A DNA stretch of 55,449 nt from a virus (IMGVR_UViG_3300028417_000005:1-55449); one strand, 5' to 3'; positions 8,949 to 20,015 are shown, counted from the first letter of the stretch. The notes: generated from the letters alone by a model not told the origin. Translations and numbers: made by a program.

Positions 8949-10692
8949 TAATATAGTACCTATTGATGATGAAGTAGTTGAAGTAGATAACTTTACAATG
9001 GATGATCTACTTGATAATGTAGACTACTCATTTAAGAACTATACTCCATCAGTAGATGCTATTAACTTCTTCAACTTTATGCGTCTGGTTCTCGGAGAAG
9101 AACCAGAGAATAGTAATCCAACTGCACACTACTTCTTGATTGATACTATCTTTCAAAATGTTAATCCATTTGAATACTATGATATAAATACAACAATAGC
9201 TGATAAGAATTTTGTTGCTGTATGCGCAACTAGGGAGTTTAGTAAGTCTGTGCTTATAGGTACTATGTTACCTCTGTATATGGCATACTATGGAGAACTA
9301 CCAAACATAGGCAAAGTATCGTTTGGGTTCTATGTAGGTGCTAGCCTTAAAGGTGGTGTTAAACAGAGGATGAGAACTATAGCATCTGTATATGAAGATA
9401 GTATCTTCTTACAAGATAAATTTGAACGAGTTAAGTTTACAGATGAAGATGTTATGTTTATAAGACATCCTAAGCTCAATAAGGATGGTTCAATATCTAG
9501 CAAAGATAGTAAAGTTAGGAATAGAAAGTTTCATATGGTTGGGTTCGGTGTTAAGGGTGGTCCAAGGGGATCTGGTTCTGGATTAGATAGACCACAGTTT
9601 GGGATACTTGATGACTTGATAAAAACTGAAGTAGATAGTAGATCTAGTACTATATTATCTAACATATCGTCTATACTTGATAGTGATATTATGTATTCAC
9701 TACACGGATCAAAATCATTTTGTATTTTTATAGGTACTCCATTTAATCAAAAAGATCCACTATTAAAAGCTATCACTTCTGGTTCTTGGATGCCTGTAGT
9801 TTTTCCTATATGTGAAAAGATATCTATAGATATAACGAAAGATGATTTCTCTGGTGTATGGGAAGATAGACATAGCTATGAGAGGGTGTTGCTTAAGTAT
9901 AAGAAGAGTATACGAAATGGTAGTAAAAGATCTTTCCTACAAGAGCAGATGCTTAGAATAGCTGATGAGAGTAGTAGGATTATACCTGACAATTTAATTG
10001 CATACTTTTCAAGAAAAGATGTAATAAACAATGGTGAAAGTTATAATTGGGTTATAACAACTGACTTAACAACATCAGCAGGTGAGTATTCAGATCTAAG
10101 TGCTATAGGTCTATGGGCTGTGTCATCTAATAGTGATCTTATGCTAGTTGATCTCTTTTTACAGAAGGCTGAGATACTTGAGCAATATGATTTCATATTT
10201 GATATAGTTAGTAAGTATAAGAAATTCAGAGGCAATATATTATGTGGCATTGAGGTTGATGGTTCTCAAAGATCTCATATCTTCTCAATAAAAGAGATGA
10301 TGATTAAAAGAAAGCTACACTTTACAATAGCTATGCAAAAAGGATCAAGTAGAGAAGGTATCTTAAGACATAGTGTTAAAGGTGATAAGTTTGACTACTT
10401 CTTAAATGTGGTTCCATTGTTTCAAGCTGGTAAGATTATGTTTGCCGAGGAGCTTAAAAATACTAAAGCATTCAATGAATTATATGCAGAACTATCATAC
10501 ATAACTAATGAAGGTATTGGTTCTAAGAGAGATGATGGAATTGATATGATATCTCAGTTATCACAAATAAATATAATACCTCCATACTCTGATGATAGCG
10601 CAATACAAACGGTGTATAATAGCAGAGATGATATATGGGAAGAAAGGGATATGTCACACTATATGTTAGAAAACTCATCATATGTAGTGTAA
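8938..10692 (+). CDS. terL: Terminase large subunit
   Basis: Deviant Walker A REFSKS, RG...RPQFGILDDL Walker B, IGTPF motif III, nuclease acidic residues (TDL..., RDDGIDM). Confidence 0.9.
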   Translation: MMSSNIVPIDDEVVEVDNFTMDDLLDNVDYSFKNYTPSVDAINFFNFMRLVLGEEPENSNPTAHYFLIDTIFQNVNPFEYYDINTTIADKNFVAVCATREFSKSVLIGTMLPLYMAYYGELPNIGKVSFGFYVGASLKGGVKQRMRTIASVYEDSIFLQDKFERVKFTDEDVMFIRHPKLNKDGSISSKDSKVRNRKFHMVGFGVKGGPRGSGSGLDRPQFGILDDLIKTEVDSRSSTILSNISSILDSDIMYSLHGSKSFCIFIGTPFNQKDPLLKAITSGSWMPVVFPICEKISIDITKDDFSGVWEDRHSYERVLLKYKKSIRNGSKRSFLQEQMLRIADESSRIIPDNLIAYFSRKDVINNGESYNWVITTDLTTSAGEYSDLSAIGLWAVSSNSDLMLVDLFLQKAEILEQYDFIFDIVSKYKKFRGNILCGIEVDGSQRSHIFSIKEMMIKRKLHFTIAMQKGSSREGILRHSVKGDKFDYFLNVVPLFQAGKIMFAEELKNTKAFNELYAELSYITNEGIGSKRDDGIDMISQLSQINIIPPYSDDSAIQTVYNSRDDIWEERDMSHYMLENSSYVV

Positions 10693-10727
10693 TAAAATTT
10701 ATTAATAAAAATCAACTAAGGTAGTAT

Positions 10728-11315
10728 ATGTTTACTGTTAAAGATGTCATAATACTAGCTAAGAATAGTGACCTTAGAAAGGTTGCCGTAAGAGATGACG
10801 ATAGTGTAATATTGCAATATATAAACCTAGCAGTTATAGAGCTGTATAGAAGATTTAATATTAAGACAAAGCAGTATGATATTGATATACTGCCAACTCA
10901 AATAAAATATACTATACCAGATGATGTTGCATATATAGTTAAGGCATATGATGTAAATGATAAGCCTATTAGTATCAACAACGAAGATGATAAATTTGGC
11001 ATAATGACTGATACATATAATAGTATTCAATATGTAAATCATAATGATAATACTAAGCTTAAGCTGTTATGTAGTGTTACTCCAGATAGATTAGTTAATA
11101 TCAATGACAAGGTACCACTACCAGACACATATATAGAGGCTGTGCTTAATTATATTGGGTATAAGGCTCTAGGGTCTATTAATGGTAATGTTGATGCTGA
11201 GAACAACACACACTACACTAGATTCATTATGTCTTGTAAGAATCTGAGAACATCAGGTGCTACTCATACTAACTACAGAGAAGTAAATAATTTTGAGAAT
11301 AGAGGGTTTGTATGA
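10728..11315 (+). CDS. Head-tail adaptor / N4 gp67-like virion protein
   Basis: INLAVIELYRRF motif and position after terL. Confidence 0.6.
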   Translation: MFTVKDVIILAKNSDLRKVAVRDDDSVILQYINLAVIELYRRFNIKTKQYDIDILPTQIKYTIPDDVAYIVKAYDVNDKPISINNEDDKFGIMTDTYNSIQYVNHNDNTKLKLLCSVTPDRLVNINDKVPLPDTYIEAVLNYIGYKALGSINGNVDAENNTHYTRFIMSCKNLRTSGATHTNYREVNNFENRGFV

Positions 11316-12637
11316 GAAGGATCTTATCTATACAAGATAATCAACAAGAGTATAAAGAGATAAAAGATATAGAGACGACAAATGCAAACGCAGAACCAAC
11401 AATAGTTGACATTGTCAACAATGCAACAGTATATTCATCTGATGGTTCATCAAGTAAAATCAGAGATCATTTAAATGTTGATGCATTTGTAATAATAGAT
11501 CAGTATATAGAACATAATTCACAACAACACTTTATAATGTTAGAGCCAATGATCATTGATGAGAATGGAGATGAGTTCAGAGGTGGTTCTTATAATATAA
11601 TATCAAACTCATTTAAACTGTTCCAAAACAAGTTCATAGTTAAATCTGGTGTTATATTAACTGCTGGTTCAGAAGATATAACAATAAATTACCATACAAT
11701 TGGTGGTCAACAGATAAGCAAAGTATTTACCGTAGCAATTATCGACTCAGCATCATCTACAATTGCTACATCAAATAAGATAGATAAAACTAAATTAGCT
11801 TGGTCAAATTATGGTGAGCCATTATTTACTATAGATCAAGCTAGTAGTAATTACGCTGTCATCTTCTCACATAGAAGAGGTGCTGATTCAAATGGAGCAC
11901 AACACTTAGGTGGCTTAAGTGTATTTAAAAATGATTTATGGAGCTACAGTAAAGAGTGGATACTTAATAGAGGATCTGATAAATATGATTTCTTGGTTCA
12001 AATAATAGGCGTTAGCAAAGACGCACTAGATAACACCGTATATGAATCTGCTAGTATGTTATGGGAAGATGTAACCAATTGCCCAGCAACCACTACTCCA
12101 CCTCCATCTAGTGGTGGTAGTTTTAGGTACCTAGATGGTGAAGTGTATATGTGCCAATATAAAGATGGTAGTGGTTTGGTTCCAGAAAACTCTGAAGGTA
12201 ATAGATGGGATTGGTTTGTTGCTATGGGATGGGATGGAGCAACCAATAGCGATAAGACTGGATACTTATTCCAGACATCTCCTCCAGTAGAGTTGTATAA
12301 ATTAGTTGTAACATATAATGCCACATCTGGTGGATATGATTATCAAGTTATAGAAGAGATGACTGCATATGCAACTCAAGCAGTAGTTGATGCAGGAGTT
12401 GGTGAAACAACTGTGTACGCTCCTAAAGGGTCTGTATTTAGAGCATATGATCCAATAACTAATGATTGGGCTGATGTTCCTCCAACCGCAACAGATAATA
12501 TATATTACGATAAATATATATATCAAAGTGAATATGTAAGTACTGTAGATGGAGATGGTGATATGGTCCAAATAGCATACCCATCAAATCCAGCTAGTTT
12601 TATAGAGATGCCAATAGCTGTAAATATCAAAGCGTAA
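11312..12637 (+). CDS. Putative virion structural/tail protein
   Basis: Long beta-rich ORF in the tail module, translationally coupled to the upstream gene. Confidence 0.5.
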   Translation: MRRILSIQDNQQEYKEIKDIETTNANAEPTIVDIVNNATVYSSDGSSSKIRDHLNVDAFVIIDQYIEHNSQQHFIMLEPMIIDENGDEFRGGSYNIISNSFKLFQNKFIVKSGVILTAGSEDITINYHTIGGQQISKVFTVAIIDSASSTIATSNKIDKTKLAWSNYGEPLFTIDQASSNYAVIFSHRRGADSNGAQHLGGLSVFKNDLWSYSKEWILNRGSDKYDFLVQIIGVSKDALDNTVYESASMLWEDVTNCPATTTPPPSSGGSFRYLDGEVYMCQYKDGSGLVPENSEGNRWDWFVAMGWDGATNSDKTGYLFQTSPPVELYKLVVTYNATSGGYDYQVIEEMTAYATQAVVDAGVGETTVYAPKGSVFRAYDPITNDWADVPPTATDNIYYDKYIYQSEYVSTVDGDGDMVQIAYPSNPASFIEMPIAVNIKA

Positions 12638-12662
12638 CTTAAACAATAAGGGAAAAGTATAT

Positions 12663-12923
12663 ATGAAAACAGTAACAGCTAGCAAAGAGGTTGATGTAAC
12701 ATTCAATAGGTCAATTGATGGCAACAGGCTTGAAGTGTTAAACTTTAAAAATGGAATAAATAAAAGTGGGTATGAGGTTAGGTTCTCACTAAATAACTTT
12801 GCTTCATCATCTGGTCAACTTTGGGAGAATGATCAATTCCTAACCTTCCCAGCAAACACAACTGTATATGTAGACTTCAATGGTTTTAATAATGGTAAAG
12901 TACTAGTAAGGGATGGATCGTGA
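12663..12923 (+). CDS. Small hypothetical tail-associated protein
   Basis: AAGGGA RBS; overlaps the tailspike start. Confidence 0.55.
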   Translation: MKTVTASKEVDVTFNRSIDGNRLEVLNFKNGINKSGYEVRFSLNNFASSSGQLWENDQFLTFPANTTVYVDFNGFNNGKVLVRDGS

Positions 12924-14887
12924 GTGATACAATAGATTTTGGTTCTGGTTCATCTGGTGGCGGTGGAGGTGGATTACCAACTCCTTTGCCAGTTGGTATA
13001 ATGGTTGACAAGGGAAATCACGATATAACTACTGGACTTCCAACAAATGTTGAAGCTGGGTTTTTTTATACAGTTGGCGGTACTGCTACAATTGGAGGAG
13101 TTGAGCTAAACAGCGGTGATAATCTTATCGCTATAACAGATAGTGCAACTCCAGCGATAACAGGCTTTAGAGTTATTGACAATACAGAAGCAGGTGACAT
13201 ACTAAGAGATAGTGATGTAACAGGTATACCGACTGGCTTTACTGATAGCAATAAGCTACCAAAAAAGATAACTGTATCGGCTATGTTGGCGATTGCTATA
13301 AGTGAGCACGAAAACTTTAAACATAGCGACTACATAAGAAAGTTTGAAAGTTTTGGAGCTGATAATACAGGAGTGCAAGACTGTACTCTGGCAGTTAATA
13401 GTATGTTGAACAAACTTAATACGGATGGATTCTTAGTTTTAGATCTAGGTAAAAAGTCTAATATCTTTAAGATACAGCAAGAGATAGAAGTCAATGTAGG
13501 GGACTGTTTGATTATAGTAGGGTACGGTACTCTCAAAGCTAGTGATACTATGAGCGGAGCAGGTTTACATAGTAATGTTATACATGTAAATATACCAAAC
13601 TTCTACTGCAAAGATATCACGATAGACGGCAACAGAACAGCGAGAGGTACAACCGTTGGTTCTGCTAGCCATTGTTTGACATACAGAGAGAGATGCGTTA
13701 AGTCTATTGTAGATAATGTAACTATTTATGATGCTCCATTGGACTGTATAGCTATGTCTGCATATAGCGGAGATCCAGCTAGCAGGAACATAACTATACA
13801 AAATTGCGCACTTAGTAATTGGAAGAGATCTGCTATATCTATACTATGGGGATATGATATCAATATCGTAAATAACAAGATGGATAACTCTGGCGTAACT
13901 GATAATATGGGATATGCTATAAATCTTGAACCAAACTCTTCCCCACTTGATATGAGTGTTGCCAACACAATAATCACACAAAATAAGATTAAACATAGCT
14001 CTGGTTGGTTAATGCACGGCAAGAAAACAACAGGTAGTTATTTGACTGGAGATCTTGACAAAGATGTCAAAAATGTATTGATATATGACAATATAGTTGA
14101 TTGTGATGGATATATCTTTGATGGAACTGAATATATGTTCAATTTCAACAACTGCACAAATGTTAAGATGCACAATAATGTTGTGACAAATTTCACAAAC
14201 AGCTCAAGAATGTTTAACTTCAACAATGCCTACGGTATAGATATTGAAGATAATACTATTCTTGGTGATGGTGATGGTGTTATGTTCTACGGCTTAGCTG
14301 AAGGCATCAAAATCAAAGGTAATAGGTTGAAGGGTGGTTTTGTTGGAGTCACGCTATTGTCAACATCTACTGAAAACACATTTGATGATAACTACTTCTA
14401 TGAGTTAAAATCACACGATGATAACAGTATAGATATTGATTTTAAAAACAACAAGCACATTAATAAGATTGAGCCATTAGTCCAAACTAGGTTTGATGGA
14501 ACTGGTGCAATGATTGATAATAATAGGTACAATGGACTGTGCTCAACTGGATGGAACCCCGTTATCTACGCCAACGGTATAGACTCTACCGTTACAAACA
14601 ATAGAGGCAAGCTAACTTGTTTAACTGCTACAAGCAAGAGAGTGTTCAGAACTAGAATGCCAGCCAAGAGAATTAGCGGTAATGATATCGAAATACTAAA
14701 TAACAACGGTAATCCAGATAGTAGGTTTGAAGTTGTTGTGCCAAGCGCTGATCCTGTAACTGGTGTTGTAACATATTCAACAATAAACGCAACTACAATC
14801 TTCTCAAACGCTGAATGTGATGACACAATCATAAATGATAATAGGATTAAGATAAATGCTGTTATTAAAAACATAAAGAGAGTATAA
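12920..14887 (+). CDS. Tailspike with a parallel beta-helix (pectate-lyase-like depolymerase)
   Basis: FGADNTGVQDCTLAVN entry motif followed by many N/I/V-rich beta-helix repeats. Confidence 0.8.
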   Translation: MSDTIDFGSGSSGGGGGGLPTPLPVGIMVDKGNHDITTGLPTNVEAGFFYTVGGTATIGGVELNSGDNLIAITDSATPAITGFRVIDNTEAGDILRDSDVTGIPTGFTDSNKLPKKITVSAMLAIAISEHENFKHSDYIRKFESFGADNTGVQDCTLAVNSMLNKLNTDGFLVLDLGKKSNIFKIQQEIEVNVGDCLIIVGYGTLKASDTMSGAGLHSNVIHVNIPNFYCKDITIDGNRTARGTTVGSASHCLTYRERCVKSIVDNVTIYDAPLDCIAMSAYSGDPASRNITIQNCALSNWKRSAISILWGYDINIVNNKMDNSGVTDNMGYAINLEPNSSPLDMSVANTIITQNKIKHSSGWLMHGKKTTGSYLTGDLDKDVKNVLIYDNIVDCDGYIFDGTEYMFNFNNCTNVKMHNNVVTNFTNSSRMFNFNNAYGIDIEDNTILGDGDGVMFYGLAEGIKIKGNRLKGGFVGVTLLSTSTENTFDDNYFYELKSHDDNSIDIDFKNNKHINKIEPLVQTRFDGTGAMIDNNRYNGLCSTGWNPVIYANGIDSTVTNNRGKLTCLTATSKRVFRTRMPAKRISGNDIEILNNNGNPDSRFEVVVPSADPVTGVVTYSTINATTIFSNAECDDTIINDNRIKINAVIKNIKRV

Positions 14888-15018
14888 TGGATATTGGTGA
14901 AAAGCTAGAGGATATGGGTTTTGATGGTTCTAAGATATCATCATATGTAGTGTATGCCTTTTGTGGCATAGCATTATTAACCGCAATTGCTATAACAATA
15001 ATAGGAGCTAGACTATGA
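14887..15018 (+). CDS. 43-aa single-TM protein
   Basis: Hand translation MDIGEKLEDMGFDGSKISSYVVYAFCGIALLTAIAITIIGARL; overlaps both neighbours. Confidence 0.5.
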   Translation: MDIGEKLEDMGFDGSKISSYVVYAFCGIALLTAIAITIIGARL

Positions 15019-15212
15019 GAAAATTCGTAGGTAAGAATGAACTAGATGAAGGTGAGAAGCCAATCAGCTTATTGACACTAAAAGATTATGAGTTAATGGA
15101 TATAATCAATGACTTAACTAGAGATGGGTATGAGCTATCTGCTGGTGATAGAGATCATATGTTTGATCAGCTATCAGATATCTATGACTATTATGTAGAA
15201 GTAGAAGTATGA
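15015..15212 (+). CDS. Small acidic hypothetical protein
   Basis: AGGAG RBS; ATGA coupling to neighbours. Confidence 0.6.
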   Translation: MRKFVGKNELDEGEKPISLLTLKDYELMDIINDLTRDGYELSAGDRDHMFDQLSDIYDYYVEVEV

Positions 15213-15733
15213 GATATTTAATATATATAGCAATATCATTGTTCTTAGTTGGTTGTGGAATATTAAATAACACAACTGTTGTTCAAGATAATAGGACTAC
15301 TGATGTCAACAACTCTATTGATGTTAATACTACTGTGGATATAAACAACACTACAGTGGTCATAATCAATAACAATAAGACATATAGAGTTATTGACGGC
15401 GATGGTTCATTTGATGATCCTTATGAACTTAAACAAGCACGATACGGCAGACTGAATGGTAAGCAATGGTTTATAACTCCGTACATAGCTTATATGAACT
15501 GTAGTATCAACCTATATGCTGAGAGTGGTATGTATGAACTAACACCTCTGAACGATAGCTTTATCCCCCTTGAATATAGCTGTATCAACTATAGAAGAAG
15601 TTGTGCTATTGATGCCAATAACACACAATGGATAATGGTTAGGATTGGGGTTCTTGATGTCAACGGATCAATAGCTGTTACAGGTGAGTGCTTGAATAAG
15701 CCTATTTTTAATGCTAAAAGGTTTTGGGAATGA
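15209..15733 (+). CDS. Lipoprotein with multiple D-x-N-x-S/T sequons
   Basis: Signal peptide II with LVGC lipobox; DVNNS, DVNTT, DINNT, DANNT and DVNGS. Confidence 0.75.
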   Translation: MRYLIYIAISLFLVGCGILNNTTVVQDNRTTDVNNSIDVNTTVDINNTTVVIINNNKTYRVIDGDGSFDDPYELKQARYGRLNGKQWFITPYIAYMNCSINLYAESGMYELTPLNDSFIPLEYSCINYRRSCAIDANNTQWIMVRIGVLDVNGSIAVTGECLNKPIFNAKRFWE

Positions 15734-16140
15734 ATGAAGCTATAATTGCTAAAGCTGTAGCCTCTGGGGGCATAGCTATGTTATTAACTGGGTTCTTATC
15801 TGATCCAGAAGTTATAATGCTAATACTATCGGCAACACTAGCAAGTTTGTTGAGTAGCTTCTATGACTATGCTCACAGCGATGATGATATAGATATTAGA
15901 TTATTAGCTGATATCATAAAATCATTAGCATATGCCATAGTTGTTATCTTCGTTGTATTTTATGGCTTAAGTATATATCTTCACGCTAAAGTAGAGATGC
16001 CTACTGTTGTATGGGTCGCTATATCGGCACTAGTAGCAAGCAATGCTGTAGATACTGTAGAATGGATGACTGGTGTCATAAAAGATAAGTTGCCTAAACT
16101 TATAGACAGGCTCATATCTCTTGTAGGAGGGAAAAGGTAA
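15724..16140 (+). CDS. Putative holin (multi-TM)
   Basis: Three to four hydrophobic segments and a basic C-terminus, in lysis-module context. Confidence 0.5.
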   Translation: MGMNEAIIAKAVASGGIAMLLTGFLSDPEVIMLILSATLASLLSSFYDYAHSDDDIDIRLLADIIKSLAYAIVVIFVVFYGLSIYLHAKVEMPTVVWVAISALVASNAVDTVEWMTGVIKDKLPKLIDRLISLVGGKR

Positions 16141-16439
16141 TGTTAGAATATCTAGATAGCAATAGCTATAACATCTTTATGTTTAAGATGATACTGCTCA
16201 CTTATTTAAGTGTATTAGTATTTAAATTTAAACTATGGAAGAGAAGCATAAGCACAACAATTATATTAATATCATTTGCTGTCAGTACTGTGTTTGAATA
16301 CTATGGATTATTATATATGTCAGATATTATCATACTATCCGCAATTACGCTATTGGTAGTAAGAGGCACTACTAAACACGATAACGATGTATTGTTTAAG
16401 ATGCCAAAAAAGTTTAACAGAAGGAGCACAGATGCTTAG
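16140..16439 (+). CDS. Membrane protein (holin/antiholin candidate)
   Basis: About three TM segments and a basic tail. Confidence 0.45.
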   Translation: MLEYLDSNSYNIFMFKMILLTYLSVLVFKFKLWKRSISTTIILISFAVSTVFEYYGLLYMSDIIILSAITLLVVRGTTKHDNDVLFKMPKKFNRRSTDA

Positions 16440-16710
16440 TATGATAATGGGAAATGTAGAGCTCATTGTTGGTTCTATTATAGCTTTAGTTATAGCATTT
16501 TTTGCAAGTGCATATAAGTACAAATCTTGGAAGGTTGATAGTCAAGCATCTGAGATAGATGATTTAGAGCAAAACAGAGATGTAGTAAGTGAATATATAG
16601 AAGCTAAAAATAGAGCACTACATACAGAGAGAGAGGCTAATGATATATTGAAGTCAAAGCCTCCAGATAGTATCTATAAATTGGAGCCAAACAAAAGGCA
16701 TAAGATATAA
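16432..16710 (+). CDS. Putative i-spanin
   Basis: AAGGAG RBS before the ATG at 16432; N-terminal TM followed by a coiled coil; followed by a lipoprotein gene. Confidence 0.55.
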   Translation: MLSMIMGNVELIVGSIIALVIAFFASAYKYKSWKVDSQASEIDDLEQNRDVVSEYIEAKNRALHTEREANDILKSKPPDSIYKLEPNKRHKI

Positions 16711-17000
16711 TGCCATATATTTTAATAGTAGCACTACTCCTGTTATCAGGATGTACATTTAAACAATCAACAGAATTTATCAAATCACCAGCCCCTAAGT
16801 TGAATAAGCCTCCAGTAGTAGATATAATAGAGTTTGGTGTTGGAGACGATGGCTCTCTAAGTGATATAGACGCACTTAAAATCATTAATGGTGCAAGAAT
16901 GCTTAGATGGTCTGATGATAGTTGTAGGGCTACCATAGACGCGTACAATAAGTGGGCTGATAAACAAAACACAAAAGATGAAAAGGGGCTATTGTGGTAA
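16710..17000 (+). CDS. Putative o-spanin lipoprotein
   Basis: LLSGC lipobox and Pro-rich N-terminus. Confidence 0.6.
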   Translation: MPYILIVALLLLSGCTFKQSTEFIKSPAPKLNKPPVVDIIEFGVGDDGSLSDIDALKIINGARMLRWSDDSCRATIDAYNKWADKQNTKDEKGLLW

Positions 17001-17185
17001 TTGCTATATTCAAAAGAGATGATAGTATAACTTTAAACAAGGACTTTGGTTCTGATTGGGTAAAGGTAAAGAAGGATGGTTCATTAGTTGCCAATGCAAT
17101 AGATAGATTCTCAGCATATCAGGTGATATTTTTTGCTAATAAATATAATGAAAAGATAACGGATAAGGATTTTGAATGGGTTTAA
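16994..17185 (+). CDS. Small hypothetical protein
   Basis: GTG start with AGGGG RBS, overlapping the upstream stop. Confidence 0.45.
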   Translation: MVIAIFKRDDSITLNKDFGSDWVKVKKDGSLVANAIDRFSAYQVIFFANKYNEKITDKDFEWV

Positions 17186-17258
17186 TAAATATGATGTCGC
17201 CCTTAGAAAAAGGAGCAAACCAAGAACGACTAAAAACATTATACCACAGGTTTTATAT

Positions 17259-17786
17259 ATGAGCAACATAGCATTGATAATTGGTCACGATATGAATTCT
17301 GGAGGAGCTGTAACCGTAAATGGCGTTAATGAATATAGCACTTGGTTCACATATCTAAATACTATCCTCACATTTCTCCCACAAGGGAACCAATATAAAG
17401 TGTTCGAGAGAAGAAATGGATTAGAAAAATTGGTTAGAGATGTCAATGATTATAGAGCTGACATAGCTATATCATTTCACTTCAACTCTTCATCAAATAG
17501 CAAGGCAAATGGCTTCGAGGTATTGTCATCTGGTTATCCATCATCTATGATGCTATCTAGAGCATTCTTAGATGGGTACAAGACATCAATTAGGAATAGA
17601 GGCATAAAGGTCAGGAAGCTTGGTGAAGATGGTGGATACTTCTTAAATAAGACTAATATGCCAGCTATATTATTAGAGCCATTCTTTGGTTCCAACAGAA
17701 AAGATTGTCATCTATTTTTTAGAGATATTAATTTATTTACAAATGCAGTTATAGATGTAATAAATAAAGCTAAGGACTTACCATAA
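17259..17786 (+). CDS. Endolysin, N-acetylmuramoyl-L-alanine amidase (Amidase_3)
   Basis: IIGH..E..SFHFNS..LLEPFFGSN zinc and catalytic motifs. Confidence 0.85.
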   Translation: MSNIALIIGHDMNSGGAVTVNGVNEYSTWFTYLNTILTFLPQGNQYKVFERRNGLEKLVRDVNDYRADIAISFHFNSSSNSKANGFEVLSSGYPSSMMLSRAFLDGYKTSIRNRGIKVRKLGEDGGYFLNKTNMPAILLEPFFGSNRKDCHLFFRDINLFTNAVIDVINKAKDLP

Positions 17787-20015
17787 ATGGAAGAAGATAA
17801 CAACATATTTAATGACATAGAGTCTGACAAAATAAAACATCCAATGACCGTAGAAGATATAAAGAAAGACTTTGAAGCTAGTATGACATTTAATGAATGT
17901 GAAATTGCATCAATAGATGAAAACTTATCATATATGAACGGTGAGATAAATTTCAAAGCTAGAGAAGGCTATAGTAGATATGTGCCTAAGTCAATAAAGA
18001 AGCAAGCTGAATGGATGTACGCTGAGCTTGAAGAGCCTTTCCTTGGTTCTGATAAGCTCTTTGAACTACAACAAGTTAGTGGCATTGATAGCGACACTCT
18101 AAAGCGTGATGAGATGATATTGGATAAACAATTCTCATCAGATATATGTAGAGTATCATTGATCAACAATATGTCTAGAGCTGTAGTTGATGAAGGAACA
18201 GCTATTTTAAAAGTTGGATGGGAGTACATAAGCAAAGATATGTATGTAAATGAAACAATACATACATACCCAACAGAAGAAGAAGCTGGATTTATGTTAA
18301 ATAGTATGCCAGAAGCTAAAGGTCTCCCTGACACAGAAGTTATGGCTATGCTTGATCAAATAATAAATACACCAATCTCTAGCGAAGTTGTAAGAATCAA
18401 AAAAACTATACTAGTTAGAAATAGACCAACTATAAATGTTAAAGATTATAATAATATATATTTTGACCCAAGTTGTAATGGCGATATCAAAAAAGCCAAG
18501 TTCGTCATTGAAAAGTTCAAGACATCATTGTCTGAGCTAAGACAAGTTCCTAAGTATAAAAATCTAGATAAAATAAGATCATCATCTTCTACAATATATA
18601 CAGATGATCACAATGATTTTGACTTTGAAGATGATCCAAGAAAAATACTAAATGCATATGAATATATCGGTGAATGGGATATTGATGGTTCTGGAATAAC
18701 TACAAGTATAACTGCTACTGTAGTTGAAGATACATTGGTTCACTTTGGCAAAAACCCTTTTCCGTATAGTTTCAATCCATACTCTGTAGCTACATTTTCA
18801 CCAGTCAAAAATAGAGTTAGAGGTAATCCTTTAGGTCATTTAATAAAAGATGATCAAGATATAATAGGTGCTCTTAGTAGAGGTCTCATAGATGTTGTTG
18901 GTAGATCAGCAAATGGGCAAGAGGGCATAAGAGAGAATAGTTTATCGCCACTGAACCAACTTAAATTTGAAAGAGGTGAGAAGTATTCATTTGGCGAGCA
19001 CATAGATCCATCTACTCTTGTGTACACTCATAAGTATCCAGAGATACCACAATCAGCTATTTTTATGATTAACTCACATCAAGCAAATATAGACAGTATG
19101 ACTGGAACTAAATCCTTCTCACAAAACATATCAGGTGACTCTCTTGGCAAAACAGCTACTGGGGCAAGAGGGGTTCTAGACAGTATGTCAAAAAGAAAGT
19201 TATCTGTTATAAGACGGATGGCTAATGCACTGGAGGATGCTGGTAGAAAGATAGTTCAGATGAACCACTTTTGGCTAGAAGATGAAGATGTTGCAAAATA
19301 CACAGGAGAAGATAATCCACCTCCTATGGTTAAGATTGAGAACTTTAATATAAGTGTCGGCATATCTACTGATGAGATAGATAATAGAGAGATACAAACA
19401 TTATCATTTCTGCTACAAACAATTGGTAACACTATGCCAGAAGAGATTAAGAAAGAGATATTTGCTGATATAGCATACCTTAGTAAGAGGTTTAAATTAT
19501 CAAAGAGTATACTTGAATATACACCAGAACCAAATCAGACTCAAATTGAACTAGATAGGCTTGAAATAGAGTTGCTAAAAGCCAAGATAGAAACAGAAAA
19601 ATCCAAGAGTAGAGAGAACGAATCAGATAGTGTTCTAAATATGGCACGATCTAAGTTCGAGCTAAGTAGAGCAAAAGATTATGATTCAGCTGGTGATTTA
19701 AAAGATCTTGATTTTATCGAAAAAGAAATGGGAATAGATCACGATAGAAAAAAAGAACTTAAAAGTATGGATGTTGATAGTAAGGAAAAGATAGAAGATA
19801 TAAAAATGAGATCTAAACTAAATGTTATAGATGCTGAAGATAATGGTCTTGCATCTCTCACACCAGATGAGTTGTCGTTGGTCCAAGATGATACACAAGA
19901 AGATGAGTATGTTGAACCAGAGCCTAATATAGAAGATGAGATAGGTATGCCTATGGACCAGTTCATTAAACAGCAAGAAGATATAGTATCTGGTGCTAAT
20001 AGTGAGTATAATTGA
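17787..20015 (+). CDS. Portal protein (N4 gp59-like)
   Basis: KKQAEW....EPFL, GTAILKVGW, YFDPSC.GD...AKF and LG.TATGARG.LD motifs; acidic C-terminal tail. Confidence 0.85.
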   Translation: MEEDNNIFNDIESDKIKHPMTVEDIKKDFEASMTFNECEIASIDENLSYMNGEINFKAREGYSRYVPKSIKKQAEWMYAELEEPFLGSDKLFELQQVSGIDSDTLKRDEMILDKQFSSDICRVSLINNMSRAVVDEGTAILKVGWEYISKDMYVNETIHTYPTEEEAGFMLNSMPEAKGLPDTEVMAMLDQIINTPISSEVVRIKKTILVRNRPTINVKDYNNIYFDPSCNGDIKKAKFVIEKFKTSLSELRQVPKYKNLDKIRSSSSTIYTDDHNDFDFEDDPRKILNAYEYIGEWDIDGSGITTSITATVVEDTLVHFGKNPFPYSFNPYSVATFSPVKNRVRGNPLGHLIKDDQDIIGALSRGLIDVVGRSANGQEGIRENSLSPLNQLKFERGEKYSFGEHIDPSTLVYTHKYPEIPQSAIFMINSHQANIDSMTGTKSFSQNISGDSLGKTATGARGVLDSMSKRKLSVIRRMANALEDAGRKIVQMNHFWLEDEDVAKYTGEDNPPPMVKIENFNISVGISTDEIDNREIQTLSFLLQTIGNTMPEEIKKEIFADIAYLSKRFKLSKSILEYTPEPNQTQIELDRLEIELLKAKIETEKSKSRENESDSVLNMARSKFELSRAKDYDSAGDLKDLDFIEKEMGIDHDRKKELKSMDVDSKEKIEDIKMRSKLNVIDAEDNGLASLTPDELSLVQDDTQEDEYVEPEPNIEDEIGMPMDQFIKQQEDIVSGANSEYN

